The notes beneath the pieces are model-generated. The model searched no databases, had not been told where the DNA came from, and saw nothing but the letters and a program-made list of their open reading frames with translations. The translations under genes and the position numbers were made by a program. From a virus (lineage: Duplodnaviria; Caudoviricetes), in the IMG/VR virus record IMGVR_UViG_3300029448_000115, positions 1 through 39,553 of that record: a DNA stretch of 39,553 nucleotides, one strand, 5' to 3'. Of the stretch, positions 17,305 to 26,014 are shown piece by piece (position 1 is the first letter of the stretch; the number at the start of each line of letters is the position of its first letter).

Positions 17305-17614
17305 TAGCCTGCTCCGCAGCTCTGATCAGAAAATTTAATCTTCTTTTGCTGATAATTTCACATCCAGCCTGACCGCTTTCAGAAAGCTCGTACTCAATCA
17401 AGCATTCAAGATTATCAGCCAGCGATCTAAAATTAGCATCCCTCAAAGCAGCTACGGCGGCCTCGGCAATGCAGATTCCGCTCCACTTAAAAAACTTGGA
17501 CATCATCAAACCAAATGCTTGCCTAGCAGTAGGGTTAGCATTTGGCATAAAGCAATTAGATTTGACCTTATTTAATAAATCTCCAACTTCGTTTTTTATT
17601 GTATTTTCAAGCAT
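17297..17614 (-). CDS. Hypothetical protein (start corrected from 17674)
   Basis: GGAGG RBS before ATG 17614, overlapping the stop of the upstream gene. Confidence 0.65.
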   Translation of the reverse strand: MLENTIKNEVGDLLNKVKSNCFMPNANPTARQAFGLMMSKFFKWSGICIAEAAVAALRDANFRSLADNLECLIEYELSESGQAGCEIISKRRLNFLIRAAEQANG

Positions 17615-18035
17615 AGATTTTACCTCCCCACGGCGAATTTCCTGTTTCAATAAAATTATTATCAGTTTCAACAAAATTATTTTCTTGATCTGCGATCAGA
17701 TCATAAGGTTTGTCATAGCTGCCGATCTTAACAGAAATATAATAGCCGACATGAAAATAGTCAGTCATAATATCTGATTTATCAAAATTCTCAGCGTTCA
17801 TTGCTGGAATAATTTCAGATAAAAAAGCCAGCGCAGCAGGATTATCAGCAAAATGATCTTTGTACCAATATTCATTTATTGAGTCAGTCTTAAAATCTAT
17901 TGATCCTGATTTTAGAGTCAATGTTAATTGACTATGATCCTGAACCGATAAAGTTCCTTTCATATTATGCTTATCCAAGACTTGCTTAATCTTGGGAGCT
18001 AATCTTTTCTTTTTTTCTTGGTTTATAAAAGCCAT
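17607..18035 (-). CDS. Conserved phage protein with N.D.SDIMTDYF motif (LPD29-like)
   Basis: NFDKSDIMTDYFHVGYY and LSV..HS.L.LT.KSG motifs, AGGAG RBS; family name recalled from motif only. Confidence 0.55.
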   Translation of the reverse strand: MAFINQEKKKRLAPKIKQVLDKHNMKGTLSVQDHSQLTLTLKSGSIDFKTDSINEYWYKDHFADNPAALAFLSEIIPAMNAENFDKSDIMTDYFHVGYYISVKIGSYDKPYDLIADQENNFVETDNNFIETGNSPWGGKIYA

Positions 18036-18045
18036 ATTATTTCTC

Positions 18046-18384
18046 CTATCCTATTTCTAAATTTGTAATTTTATATCCAGTAGATTTTATTATTCTCTGC
18101 ATATCTTCTGAATAATCAGAAATGTTTTCTGATGAGCTAACTTCTTTTTGATATTCGCTAGCAATACTACCCCATGTTTGCGGATCAGAACTTTCAAAAT
18201 CAGTATCAAAAAAAGCGACACCTTTTTTAACAAGCGATGCCATTGCGCCCCTTGCAGCTTTCATGCCGCCAAAATCCTCAAACGCATAATGACTAATATA
18301 GCCACCAAGCCCAAGCCCATCAGAAGCATGATCAGACCACGCTATCTGATAAACAATTTTATATTCAAGTTGTGTTATTTTCAT
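18046..18384 (-). CDS. Hypothetical protein, possible winged helix (start corrected from 18417)
   Basis: MKITQLE...ARGAMASLVKKGV resembles a wHTH; AAAGGA RBS. Confidence 0.55.
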   Translation of the reverse strand: MKITQLEYKIVYQIAWSDHASDGLGLGGYISHYAFEDFGGMKAARGAMASLVKKGVAFFDTDFESSDPQTWGSIASEYQKEVSSSENISDYSEDMQRIIKSTGYKITNLEIG

Positions 18385-18423
18385 TTTTTTAATTCCTTTA
18401 TTTTTTATCATAATCACATAACA

Positions 18424-18452
18424 ATTCTAACAATTATAACAATACCATGCAA
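18424..18452 (-). promoter_or_regulatory. sigma70-type promoter TTGCAT-N17-TAGAAT
   Basis: Minus strand TTGCAT GGTATTGTTATAATTGT TAGAAT TGTTAT with an A/T-rich UP region. Confidence 0.8.
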
Positions 18453-18472
18453 GTAAATAATTAATTTTTTTT

Positions 18473-18495
18473 TGGGGAGGAAAAAATCCTCCCCA
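18473..18495. terminator. 9-bp GC-rich hairpin (terminator or RNA stability element)
   Basis: TGGGGAGGA-AAAAA-TCCTCCCCA just after the SprT-like stop; no U-tract on the minus strand. Confidence 0.5.
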
Positions 18496-18507
18496 TTTAC
18501 AGAGCGT

Positions 18508-19149
18508 TTAAACACTGGCAGCCGCTTTTATTATTGTTTTAATAGTAGCACCTACAACATCATGAGTCATTTCAGAGCCACATTGACCGCAGCTCGGCGC
18601 GCCTTTCAAGTACATTGTTTTGCTCATCCGAACAAAATAAGGCTCAAGGACACATTCAGGACATTCGATTTTTAAATTCCGAGTGCCTTGCTTTTTTCTG
18701 TTTATCTCATAATCCAGCTTTTTATGTGGGTACTTACCGATCTTAGACTCAATGCCTTTTATAATCTCTTTTAAGGCATCAGATTCGCCTGTGGCGGTCA
18801 TTTTACCAGTTAATCCACATGCAGTAGCCATTTTCTTAAAAGCGCCTTTGTGGCCACTTTTACAATCGTCAATGGCGTGGATCAATTCATGAACTAAAAC
18901 GCCAGCAACTTTTGTTACCTGAGATTTATCCAAACATGGATTAATAAAAATCTCATTTACTTTAGCCGCGCTGCACCTCCTAGCAAAACATTGTCCAATA
19001 GTTTTATTCTTGGACTTAGCTCCGCCTGAAGATGGAAAGCCGACACTTACTTTTACTTTTTTAAGATCAAGGTTGATTCCATTAGGCTTAAAAACCTGAG
19101 TTTTTAATTCCTTTGTCATCTCCCATAACCATGATTCTCTATTTTTCAC
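18508..19149 (-). CDS. SprT-like zinc metalloprotease with C-terminal zinc ribbon
   Basis: VLVHELIH...GHKGAF (HExxH plus third His), CPEC and CGQC; AGGAGG RBS. Confidence 0.85.
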   Translation of the reverse strand: MKNRESWLWEMTKELKTQVFKPNGINLDLKKVKVSVGFPSSGGAKSKNKTIGQCFARRCSAAKVNEIFINPCLDKSQVTKVAGVLVHELIHAIDDCKSGHKGAFKKMATACGLTGKMTATGESDALKEIIKGIESKIGKYPHKKLDYEINRKKQGTRNLKIECPECVLEPYFVRMSKTMYLKGAPSCGQCGSEMTHDVVGATIKTIIKAAASV

Positions 19150-19358
19150 AAGACCTCCTTTGTTAAAGTTGATTCAATAACATCTAATATTTGACCATGA
19201 TCAATATATCCAACAGCGGAAAATTTATTTCCAGCATCATCTGTACCATGTACATGAGCTGTTCCGACTGCTTGATTAATTAAATACATACTATGTGTAT
19301 CGCAATCAATGCCATCTCCGATTTCACTCCAAGAAATTTTATTTACAAAATCAATCAT
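19146..19358 (-). CDS. Hypothetical protein
   Basis: Translationally coupled on both sides, AAGGAG RBS. Confidence 0.65.
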   Translation of the reverse strand: MIDFVNKISWSEIGDGIDCDTHSMYLINQAVGTAHVHGTDDAGNKFSAVGYIDHGQILDVIESTLTKEVL

Positions 19359-19651
19359 TATAACTCCTTAAATGGTTTAGGTTGAAAATACATATCTCGT
19401 TCAATTTTTAATCCGCTGCTGTGAGTGATCTCAGCTAATTCATCCAAGCTAAAATATCCCCACTCGCCAGCAAACCCATCAACAAACCCAAAAAATTTAT
19501 TTGTCTCAGGATCAAACTCGACTCCATACCATGTCCAACTGTTCCACGGACAAAAATATTTTACCTGAACAACTTTATCAGCAGCAGAAATATTTTCAGT
19601 ACCATATATAGCTGGTAATTTTTTTTCAATTTCTCTAGTTATAAGTTTCAT
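19358..19651 (-). CDS. DUF2958-family protein
   Basis: VKYFCP...WTWY..EFD.....FFG.V.G...EWGYFSL.EL...IERD.YF signature. Confidence 0.85.
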   Translation of the reverse strand: MKLITREIEKKLPAIYGTENISAADKVVQVKYFCPWNSWTWYGVEFDPETNKFFGFVDGFAGEWGYFSLDELAEITHSSGLKIERDMYFQPKPFKEL

Positions 19652-19672
19652 ATAAATGCATTACCTCCTTTT

Positions 19673-19867
19673 TTACCAAAACATACTTAATAAATCTTTT
19701 TCAACCTGCGGATCACAACTAACAGAATCACTATCTAACTTATGATCAGGAAAGTTTTTAGTAACCCACTTAGTAGCCTTTTTAATTGCTGATTTTTGAC
19801 CACGCGCCCAAACTGAGTTCGATCCCCAGTCATCGCCATTGTGGAAAGTAAATGTCCAATTTTTCAT
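19673..19867 (-). CDS. Hypothetical protein
   Basis: GGAGG RBS, in the leftward operon. Confidence 0.7.
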   Translation of the reverse strand: MKNWTFTFHNGDDWGSNSVWARGQKSAIKKATKWVTKNFPDHKLDSDSVSCDPQVEKDLLSMFW

Positions 19868-20005
19868 ATTGATGCCTCCATTTTATTTTTAGAAGTTAAT
19901 TGATGATAATCTTTGGAGCTTTTTACCGCAGAAGAAGAAGCCTCGCCTGAGAGCAAAAGCAACAAATAAACCAAATATTTAAAAACAATCATCATATCTG
20001 TAACA

Positions 20006-20035
20006 ATTATAACATGTGTTATATATATAGTGCAA
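20006..20035 (-). promoter_or_regulatory. sigma70-type promoter TTGCAC-N18-TATAAT overlapped by palindrome TATAACA-TG-TGTTATA
   Basis: Consensus -10 with TGn extension; perfect 7-bp inverted repeat at 20008-20023. Confidence 0.8.
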
Positions 20036-20051
20036 GTAATATTTTTAAATA

Positions 20052-20071
20052 CTTTAAAAAAAATTTTAAGG
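20052..20071 (+). promoter_or_regulatory. Iteron-like box CTTTAAA-N6-TTTAAGG upstream of terL
   Basis: Same motif at 28021-28040 and in the origin; followed directly by -10-like TAAATT. Confidence 0.55.
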
Positions 20072-20089
20072 TAAATTAAAACTATAAAT

Positions 20090-21412
20090 ATGGATAGCCT
20101 TACATCATATAAATCTAAATGGTTTAAATTTTTAGACTATGAACCGCACAAAGGGCAACAGCGTATTCATAACTTACCTGATAGCAAAAGATTTATTGTT
20201 GCCTCATGTGGCAGGCGCTGGGGAAAATCAGTTTCAGCAGCTAGAGAAGCCGAAACGCTTGTAACTCAAGCAGATAAAAATATTTGGATTGTTGCACCTA
20301 CATATTCAACATCAGAACGAATTTTTAGAATTGTTTATGATGATTTAATTATTAAGCACCAGCTGCCAACACGCCGCAAATCTTTAAATGAGCAATATAT
20401 AGAATTTGAATGGGGATCGGTAATTGAAGGTAAATCAGCTGAACATCCTGAAAGTCTTATTGGCGCTGGAAATGATCTTGTAATTATAGATGAGGCCAGC
20501 AAGATGAATTTAAAAAAGATTTTTGAAATGTATTTAAGGCCTACTTTATCAGATCGCAAAGGTAGGTGCATTATGATATCTACGCCTGAGGGCTATGATG
20601 GATTTTATGAGTATTATATTCATGCTCAAAAAGCAGACATGTGGGCGGCGTTTAATTCTCCAAGCTGGGAAAATCATTTTGCATTTCCAAAAGGATTAGA
20701 TGATCCTGATCTTGTAGAAATGAAATCATCTATGACTAGAGAAGTTTTTGATCAGGAAATGGGCGCAGAGTTTACTTCGCTTAGTGGTCGCGTTTATAAT
20801 GATTTTACAAGACGTACTCACGTAGGGAACCATCCTTACAACTCAATGCTGCCAGTTTTTTTAACTTTAGATTTTGGCTATCGTATGCCAGCAGCTTTAT
20901 TTTTTCAAGTAGCTAAATTTGGAGATAAAGGCGAGGATCATATTTTTATAATTGATGAAATAATACATGAGAAAAATTTAAAAATTTCTGATTTAGCTGA
21001 TGCCGTAAAAAAGAAAAATTACAGAATAGCTCGCGTATATGGCGATCCAGCTGGCTATCAAATGCAGAGTTCAGTAGGTATGGGTGAAGCAGATATTTTT
21101 AGGCAATTAACAGGTTTGCCTGTAATTACGCGCAGAGATAAATTATCAAGGAGTATTCAGTCAGGTATTAGTCATGTTAGGCAGTTTATGATGTCTGCTG
21201 ATGGGAATATTAGGCTTCATATAGATAAGGGTTGCATGGGGATAGTTGAAGATATTGAATCTTACAGATATCCTGAGCATAAAGAAGGTAGTCATTTAAA
21301 AAATGAACCTTTAAAAGATGGTTACCACGATCACGGCGCGGACTGTTTGCGATATGGCATTATTGGAAAATTTCCAATAAGAAATCAAAAATATAAGGTA
21401 AGTAACAGATGA
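20090..21412 (+). CDS. terL: Terminase large subunit
   Basis: Walker A GRRWGKS, Walker B VIIDEA, motif III ISTP, nuclease LDFG, YGDPA, DHGADCLRY. Confidence 0.95.
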   Translation: MDSLTSYKSKWFKFLDYEPHKGQQRIHNLPDSKRFIVASCGRRWGKSVSAAREAETLVTQADKNIWIVAPTYSTSERIFRIVYDDLIIKHQLPTRRKSLNEQYIEFEWGSVIEGKSAEHPESLIGAGNDLVIIDEASKMNLKKIFEMYLRPTLSDRKGRCIMISTPEGYDGFYEYYIHAQKADMWAAFNSPSWENHFAFPKGLDDPDLVEMKSSMTREVFDQEMGAEFTSLSGRVYNDFTRRTHVGNHPYNSMLPVFLTLDFGYRMPAALFFQVAKFGDKGEDHIFIIDEIIHEKNLKISDLADAVKKKNYRIARVYGDPAGYQMQSSVGMGEADIFRQLTGLPVITRRDKLSRSIQSGISHVRQFMMSADGNIRLHIDKGCMGIVEDIESYRYPEHKEGSHLKNEPLKDGYHDHGADCLRYGIIGKFPIRNQKYKVSNR

Positions 21413-22740
21413 ATGATTTAGCGTTAGATTTAATTCAAGACTCTTTAAAAGAGCAGAAACAAATGTATGCCAAAGGGCGTAGAGATTCAATTTATAAATT
21501 ATTAGATTATTATGCTGGAGACAATACATCTCAATACATCGAAGATCGTTTTAGTACTGATGCATTTAGAGAAATTCCTGTTGGCGAATTTAATGTTACT
21601 CGCAGAATGATTGATCGCATGAGCCGCATATATACATTAGGCGCGCAGAGGAATGTTAATGATCGTTATGATTCAATGATATTAACAAAGCCTTATAAAA
21701 TGAAACACATGGAAAAAATGACTAGGCTTATTGGTACAATAGCAACGCAGGTGGTGTTTAAACAGGGTGCGAATCCGCATTTTAATTATAATCCTGTATA
21801 TTATTTTGATGCTTATTTTGAAGATGATCCTTTTACGCCCTCAGCAATTACTTATCCAATGGTGCAGAATGTTGTTGATGTTAGCGATGTAAATGCGTTG
21901 CAATATTGTTATTGGGATAAAGAATGTTTTATCAAGTATGATCAGGAAGGAAATATCCTTGATGAGCAAATGCATAACTATGGTATTTTACCTTTTGTGT
22001 TTACTCATAAAGAGCATCATTTAAATGAGTTTTTTGTAACTGGTGCTTACGATATCGTTGCAGCTAATGAGCAAGTAAATATTTTACTTACAGAAGCTGC
22101 GCTAGGAATGAGATTTCAAATGTTTGGTCAATATGTAATTGAGGGTATGTATGAAGAGGAAAATCTTATGCGTGCTGGATCATCTGAAATAATGATAGTT
22201 CCTGAAGGCGCAAAATTAGATATTAAAAGCCCTCAGGCAAATGTTCGAGAAGCAATCGATCTTATCAAAGCAATTCTTGATCTTACTGCTCAAAATAATC
22301 ATTTATGGATTACGTTTGCAGAGGATGGGAAAAGCGATAGGCCAAGTAGCGGTGTTGCGTTAAAAATTAAAGACTTAGAACGTTTTGAAGATTTTCAAGA
22401 TGACATAGAATTATGGGAATTATACGAAAAAGATTTATATGAAGTCGAAAAAATAATAGCAAGAGCAAATAATATTGCATTACCTGATGAGATTGGTTTA
22501 AAATTTAATGAGCCTGAATATCCTATGAGCGTTCAAGATCAGATTGCTATGGATAGTTTTTTATTGCAAAACAATATAATATCTCAAAAAGATTTAATGT
22601 TAAAGCATAACAAGCATTTAACTGATGCTGAAGCAAATCAAATTATAGAGAAAAATAAGGAAGAAAATGGTGAAGGAAGAGAAGTTGAGCAAGAACAGTC
22701 AGTATTTAATAGATTACTTAACCAAACTCCGCCAGCTTAA
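21409..22740 (+). CDS. Portal protein (SPP1-like)
   Basis: 443 aa directly after terL; YY.G, HNYGILPFV and SSGVALK motifs. Confidence 0.88.
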   Translation: MNDLALDLIQDSLKEQKQMYAKGRRDSIYKLLDYYAGDNTSQYIEDRFSTDAFREIPVGEFNVTRRMIDRMSRIYTLGAQRNVNDRYDSMILTKPYKMKHMEKMTRLIGTIATQVVFKQGANPHFNYNPVYYFDAYFEDDPFTPSAITYPMVQNVVDVSDVNALQYCYWDKECFIKYDQEGNILDEQMHNYGILPFVFTHKEHHLNEFFVTGAYDIVAANEQVNILLTEAALGMRFQMFGQYVIEGMYEEENLMRAGSSEIMIVPEGAKLDIKSPQANVREAIDLIKAILDLTAQNNHLWITFAEDGKSDRPSSGVALKIKDLERFEDFQDDIELWELYEKDLYEVEKIIARANNIALPDEIGLKFNEPEYPMSVQDQIAMDSFLLQNNIISQKDLMLKHNKHLTDAEANQIIEKNKEENGEGREVEQEQSVFNRLLNQTPPA

Positions 22741-22900
22741 TAAATTAGATGTAGAAATTCCAAATCAAGATATTAATGAAATTATAAGTGATCCAAGAAA
22801 ATACGCTTTGGGTTTTATTGAATTAGAGTTTGCTAGGACAGTTCCTAAATTTATTGAGTCTTATAAAAACGGCTTAGAATTTGGTAAAAAAAATAAATGA
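22667..22900 (+). CDS. Hypothetical protein
   Basis: Overlaps the portal end; ATGA coupling to the next gene. Confidence 0.45.
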   Translation: MVKEEKLSKNSQYLIDYLTKLRQLNKLDVEIPNQDINEIISDPRKYALGFIELEFARTVPKFIESYKNGLEFGKKNK

Positions 22901-23184
22901 AAGCTGATGCGCGGTCAGTTAAAATGGATAGAGTGGATGATAACTATATTGTCCGTATCAACATTAGGGCTCTTATTTACCTGCTTACTCTTGTCGCTTC
23001 GGCTTCTTATTACTGGCTTAATACTCAAAGCAAAATTGAGCAACTTCACGTGGGCGTAACAGAACTACATGAAAGGGTTTTAAAGCTTGAAACAAAACAT
23101 GAAGCTGAGATAGCAAAAGTAATGAAATGGTATGAGGATATTTCAATTAATCCGCTTACAGGTTTTAAGAAAAAACGCAAATAA
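22897..23184 (+). CDS. Single-TM plus coiled-coil protein
   Basis: ALIYLLTLVASASYYWL followed by heptads and a basic tail. Confidence 0.6.
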   Translation: MKADARSVKMDRVDDNYIVRINIRALIYLLTLVASASYYWLNTQSKIEQLHVGVTELHERVLKLETKHEAEIAKVMKWYEDISINPLTGFKKKRK

Positions 23185-24221
23185 TGGCAAGGCATGACAT
23201 TGATGGAAACGCAATAACTTGCCCTAAGTGCGGCAGCAAAAATATAATAAAAGATGGTTTCCAATACTGGAAAACTTTTAAACGCCAAAGATGGAATTGT
23301 AAAGATTGTTTTAAAAAAACAATTGCCCCAAAAGAAATAGCCCACAATCCTTTTAGTGTACCTGAAGCGCCTATTGAAGAAATGTCAATTGAAGATATTA
23401 TAGCGTATAGAAATAAAAAATATAAAATAAAAATAAAAAACGCAAATTATAAAAGATTAATACCTATAAAAGTAAATGTAAAAGGTGTAATAGGTATTGC
23501 TCATTTTGGTGATCCTCATGTTGATGATGATGGAACAAATTTATCTGAAATTTATAGTATTGTAAACAAAATAAATAAAACCGAAGGAATGTTTGCTGGA
23601 AATCTTGGAGATGTTCAGAATAATTGGATAGGTAGATTGACAGCTTTATATGGTCAGCAATCAACGACAGCCAAAGAATCGTGGCTTATAACTGAGCATT
23701 TTTTAAAAAGCGTTCCGTGGATTTATTTGGTGGCTGGGAATCATGATGTTTGGTCAGGAGATGGCGATCCTATTGAATTTATAATGAGAGAGCAGCCAGC
23801 TTTATATCAAAAACATGGCGCAAGAATGAATTTATGCTTTCCAAATGGAAGGCAAATTAGAATACATTGCCGACACCAATTTAAGGGCAATAGTATGTGG
23901 AATACTGCTCACTCTATCAGTAAAGCTGTTCAGATGGGTTGGCGAGATCATATTTTAACCGCTGGGCATACTCATGTTTCAGGTTATCAGGTTTTAAAAG
24001 ATCCGTCATCAGGTTTGATAAGTCATGCGCTGCAAGTAGCCTCATTTAAAAATATGGATGAATACGCTGAGAAGCTTGGCTTAGATGATAAAAATATTTT
24101 TAATTGCCCTGTCACAATTATTGATCCAAGTTACGGAGATGATGACAGAAGGCAAATAACTACTATATTCGATCCGTACGAAGGCGCAGATTTTCTTACA
24201 TGGAAACGCAAAAAGAAGTAA
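23184..24221 (+). CDS. Calcineurin-like metallophosphoesterase with N-terminal zinc ribbon
   Basis: GDPH, LGD, GNHD, H and GHTH motifs in order; CPKC...CKDC N-terminus. Confidence 0.85.
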   Translation: MARHDIDGNAITCPKCGSKNIIKDGFQYWKTFKRQRWNCKDCFKKTIAPKEIAHNPFSVPEAPIEEMSIEDIIAYRNKKYKIKIKNANYKRLIPIKVNVKGVIGIAHFGDPHVDDDGTNLSEIYSIVNKINKTEGMFAGNLGDVQNNWIGRLTALYGQQSTTAKESWLITEHFLKSVPWIYLVAGNHDVWSGDGDPIEFIMREQPALYQKHGARMNLCFPNGRQIRIHCRHQFKGNSMWNTAHSISKAVQMGWRDHILTAGHTHVSGYQVLKDPSSGLISHALQVASFKNMDEYAEKLGLDDKNIFNCPVTIIDPSYGDDDRRQITTIFDPYEGADFLTWKRKKK

Positions 24222-24269
24222 TTTAATATAAGGTGAGGAATAATTTTATTAAAAATTAGGAGTCTCAAT

Positions 24270-24374
24270 ATGCCAAAAGTTGGTAAAAAGAAATTTTCTT
24301 ATACGAAAAAAGGTAAGCAAGCAGCAAAGAAGTACGCTAAAAAAACTGGGAAGAGGGTAAAGCGTGGCTACTAA
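24270..24374 (+). CDS. 34-aa very basic peptide (not in ORF track)
   Basis: MPKVGKKKFSYTKKGKQAAKKYAKKTGKRVKRGY*, AGGAG RBS. Confidence 0.7.
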   Translation: MPKVGKKKFSYTKKGKQAAKKYAKKTGKRVKRGY

Positions 24375-24540
24375 AAAAAAGAAGCGAGGTTTATACGCTA
24401 ATATTCACGCAAAAAGAAAAAGAATAAAAGCAGGCAGCGGCGAAAGAATGCGTAAAGTAGGATTAAAGGGTTCGCCCTCATCTAAGGCGTTTAAACGTGC
24501 AGCGAAAACAACGAAAAAAAGAAGAAGGAAAAGAAGATAG
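24364..24540 (+). CDS. 58-aa very basic peptide (not in ORF track)
   Basis: GTG start; MATKKKKRGLYANIHAKRKRIKAGSGERMRKVGLKGSPSSKAFKRAAKTTKKRRRKRR*. Confidence 0.7.
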   Translation: MATKKKKRGLYANIHAKRKRIKAGSGERMRKVGLKGSPSSKAFKRAAKTTKKRRRKRR

Positions 24541-24635
24541 TGCCATTTCCTTTTCATTGTATTGAGTGCGACAAACCTGTAAAAGAAGCTTTTAATGGGA
24601 TTTGCGATGAATGTAAAAAAGAAGAAGAAGAGTAG
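24540..24635 (+). CDS. 31-aa CxxC-CxxC zinc-finger peptide (not in ORF track)
   Basis: TAGTG overlap; MPFPFHCIECDKPVKEAFNGICDECKKEEEE*. Confidence 0.6.
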   Translation: MPFPFHCIECDKPVKEAFNGICDECKKEEEE

Positions 24636-24637
24636 TT

Positions 24638-24955
24638 ATGAACTTTATGGAGATTTACGCAGAAGGGGGTATGATCGCTGTCGCAGGGGCTTTGCTAGTG
24701 TATATGGTATTCTCTATGAACAAAAGAGGGTTGGCGCAGGCAGAGAGTTTGCAAGACCTAAAGACAGAAAACAGAGGTCAGAGCGAGACATTGGAAAACA
24801 TGGAAGGGATGACTATTAAGCTTATTAATAGGTGGAATAAAAGCGATGATAAACTTGATAGAAAATTTGATCTTTTAACAAAAGAAGTAAATGATCTTGA
24901 TAATCAAGTATCTGAAATTAAAGGAATTATAAGCAGACTCAATGGAAAACACTAA
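24638..24955 (+). CDS. N-terminal TM plus coiled-coil protein (holin-like)
   Basis: GGMIAVAGALLVYMVF followed by a coiled coil. Confidence 0.6.
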   Translation: MNFMEIYAEGGMIAVAGALLVYMVFSMNKRGLAQAESLQDLKTENRGQSETLENMEGMTIKLINRWNKSDDKLDRKFDLLTKEVNDLDNQVSEIKGIISRLNGKH

Positions 24956-25223
24956 GCCAATTTCTGATAATAGCAGTTTAAACATATCACTACCTATGAT
25001 TATTCAAGCTGTAACATTTATCGTAATGCTTGTTTATGGATATTCACAGTTAAATGCTCGTATTAGTTTTCTTGAGTATCAAGTGGCAATGAATGAAGAG
25101 CATATTATAGATTTAGAAGAGGATGCTGAAAATAATCAAGATGCTGAAATACCAGCTGATATAAAACAAAATCAAAGAATTGAATATCTTGAAAGAGAAG
25201 TTGAGAGGCTTAGAGATCAATGA
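24942..25223 (+). CDS. Single-TM plus coiled-coil protein
   Basis: MIIQAVTFIVMLVYGY followed by an acidic coiled coil. Confidence 0.6.
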   Translation: MENTKPISDNSSLNISLPMIIQAVTFIVMLVYGYSQLNARISFLEYQVAMNEEHIIDLEEDAENNQDAEIPADIKQNQRIEYLEREVERLRDQ

Positions 25224-25489
25224 TAAAATATAGAGGCGTTAAATTCTCAGGATATAATAAGCCAAAAAGAACTAAAGGCCATAAAAAAAAATCGCATGCG
25301 GTGCTTGCAAAAGTTGGCAAAAAAGTAAAATTAATTAGGTTTGGTCAGCAGGGAGTTAGCGGTGCTGGTAAGAATCCCAAAACCAAAGCTGGTAAAGCTA
25401 GGCGCAGATCATTTAAGGCTAGGCATGCTAAGAATATTCGCAAAGGAAAGATGTCTGCTGCTTACTGGGCTAACAAAGTAAAATGGTAA
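25220..25489 (+). CDS. Conserved basic viral protein (IRFGQ / RRRSFKARH / SAAYW family)
   Basis: KKSHAVLAK, LIRFGQQG, SFKARH, SAAYWA.K.KW pattern familiar from aquatic viruses. Confidence 0.7.
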   Translation: MIKYRGVKFSGYNKPKRTKGHKKKSHAVLAKVGKKVKLIRFGQQGVSGAGKNPKTKAGKARRRSFKARHAKNIRKGKMSAAYWANKVKW

Positions 25490-26014
25490 TTGATGAAAGC
25501 AAAAAGAAACTATTCATATAAAAAAGCATCTCGATTAATTAATGGAATTATTTCAGAAACATTAACCGATATGGCTCGGTATCAAAATCAATCTATACAG
25601 CAAGGTATTGACACAAGTACAGATATTAACGGCAAAAAATTTAAAAAATTAAGTGAGGCCTCAACGCTGCCGATCAGGCAAAGGCGAATGCAAGGATTTA
25701 CTCCGCTTCAAACAATGAAAATTGGCAATATTGGAGCATCAGGAGCTGATCTTCAATCATCAAAATCATTAAGAGCGACAAAAATAATTAAAGCAAAACA
25801 AAGCAGTTTAATATCAAAAGTAATTATGGTTAATAAGCATGGTGTTTACCATAATCAAAAAGGGGGATTTACAACTGGTGGTATGATAAAAGGTGCAAAG
25901 GTAGAACAGCGTGAATGGTTTGGAATGACTAAAGATATGAAAGCAGGAGGCAGTCAGTATAAAAAATTTGTGAAAATGACAATGACCAAAATTAAAAATT
26001 CCTTAAAAAAATAA
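25490..26014 (+). CDS. Virion morphogenesis (Mu gpG / tail-completion S-like) protein
   Basis: G..FKKLS..T...R, GVYHN..G, V.QREWFG motifs; precedes MuF. Confidence 0.65.
   Translation: MMKAKRNYSYKKASRLINGIISETLTDMARYQNQSIQQGIDTSTDINGKKFKKLSEASTLPIRQRRMQGFTPLQTMKIGNIGASGADLQSSKSLRATKIIKAKQSSLISKVIMVNKHGVYHNQKGGFTTGGMIKGAKVEQREWFGMTKDMKAGGSQYKKFVKMTMTKIKNSLKK

Noticed and set aside
17646-17687. 21-bp tandem duplication (NNFVET/NNFIET) at the end of the LPD29-like gene
   Set aside because: Only two imperfect units in a likely disordered tail; no sign of function.
17049-20036. CRISPR array from the repeated TAACA-rich units
   Set aside because: Copies are more than 1 kb apart, imperfect and fully explained as promoters; no cas genes.
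23184-23345. IS1-family transposon
   Set aside because: Only the zinc ribbon resembles InsA; no DDE domain, terminal inverted repeats or target duplication.
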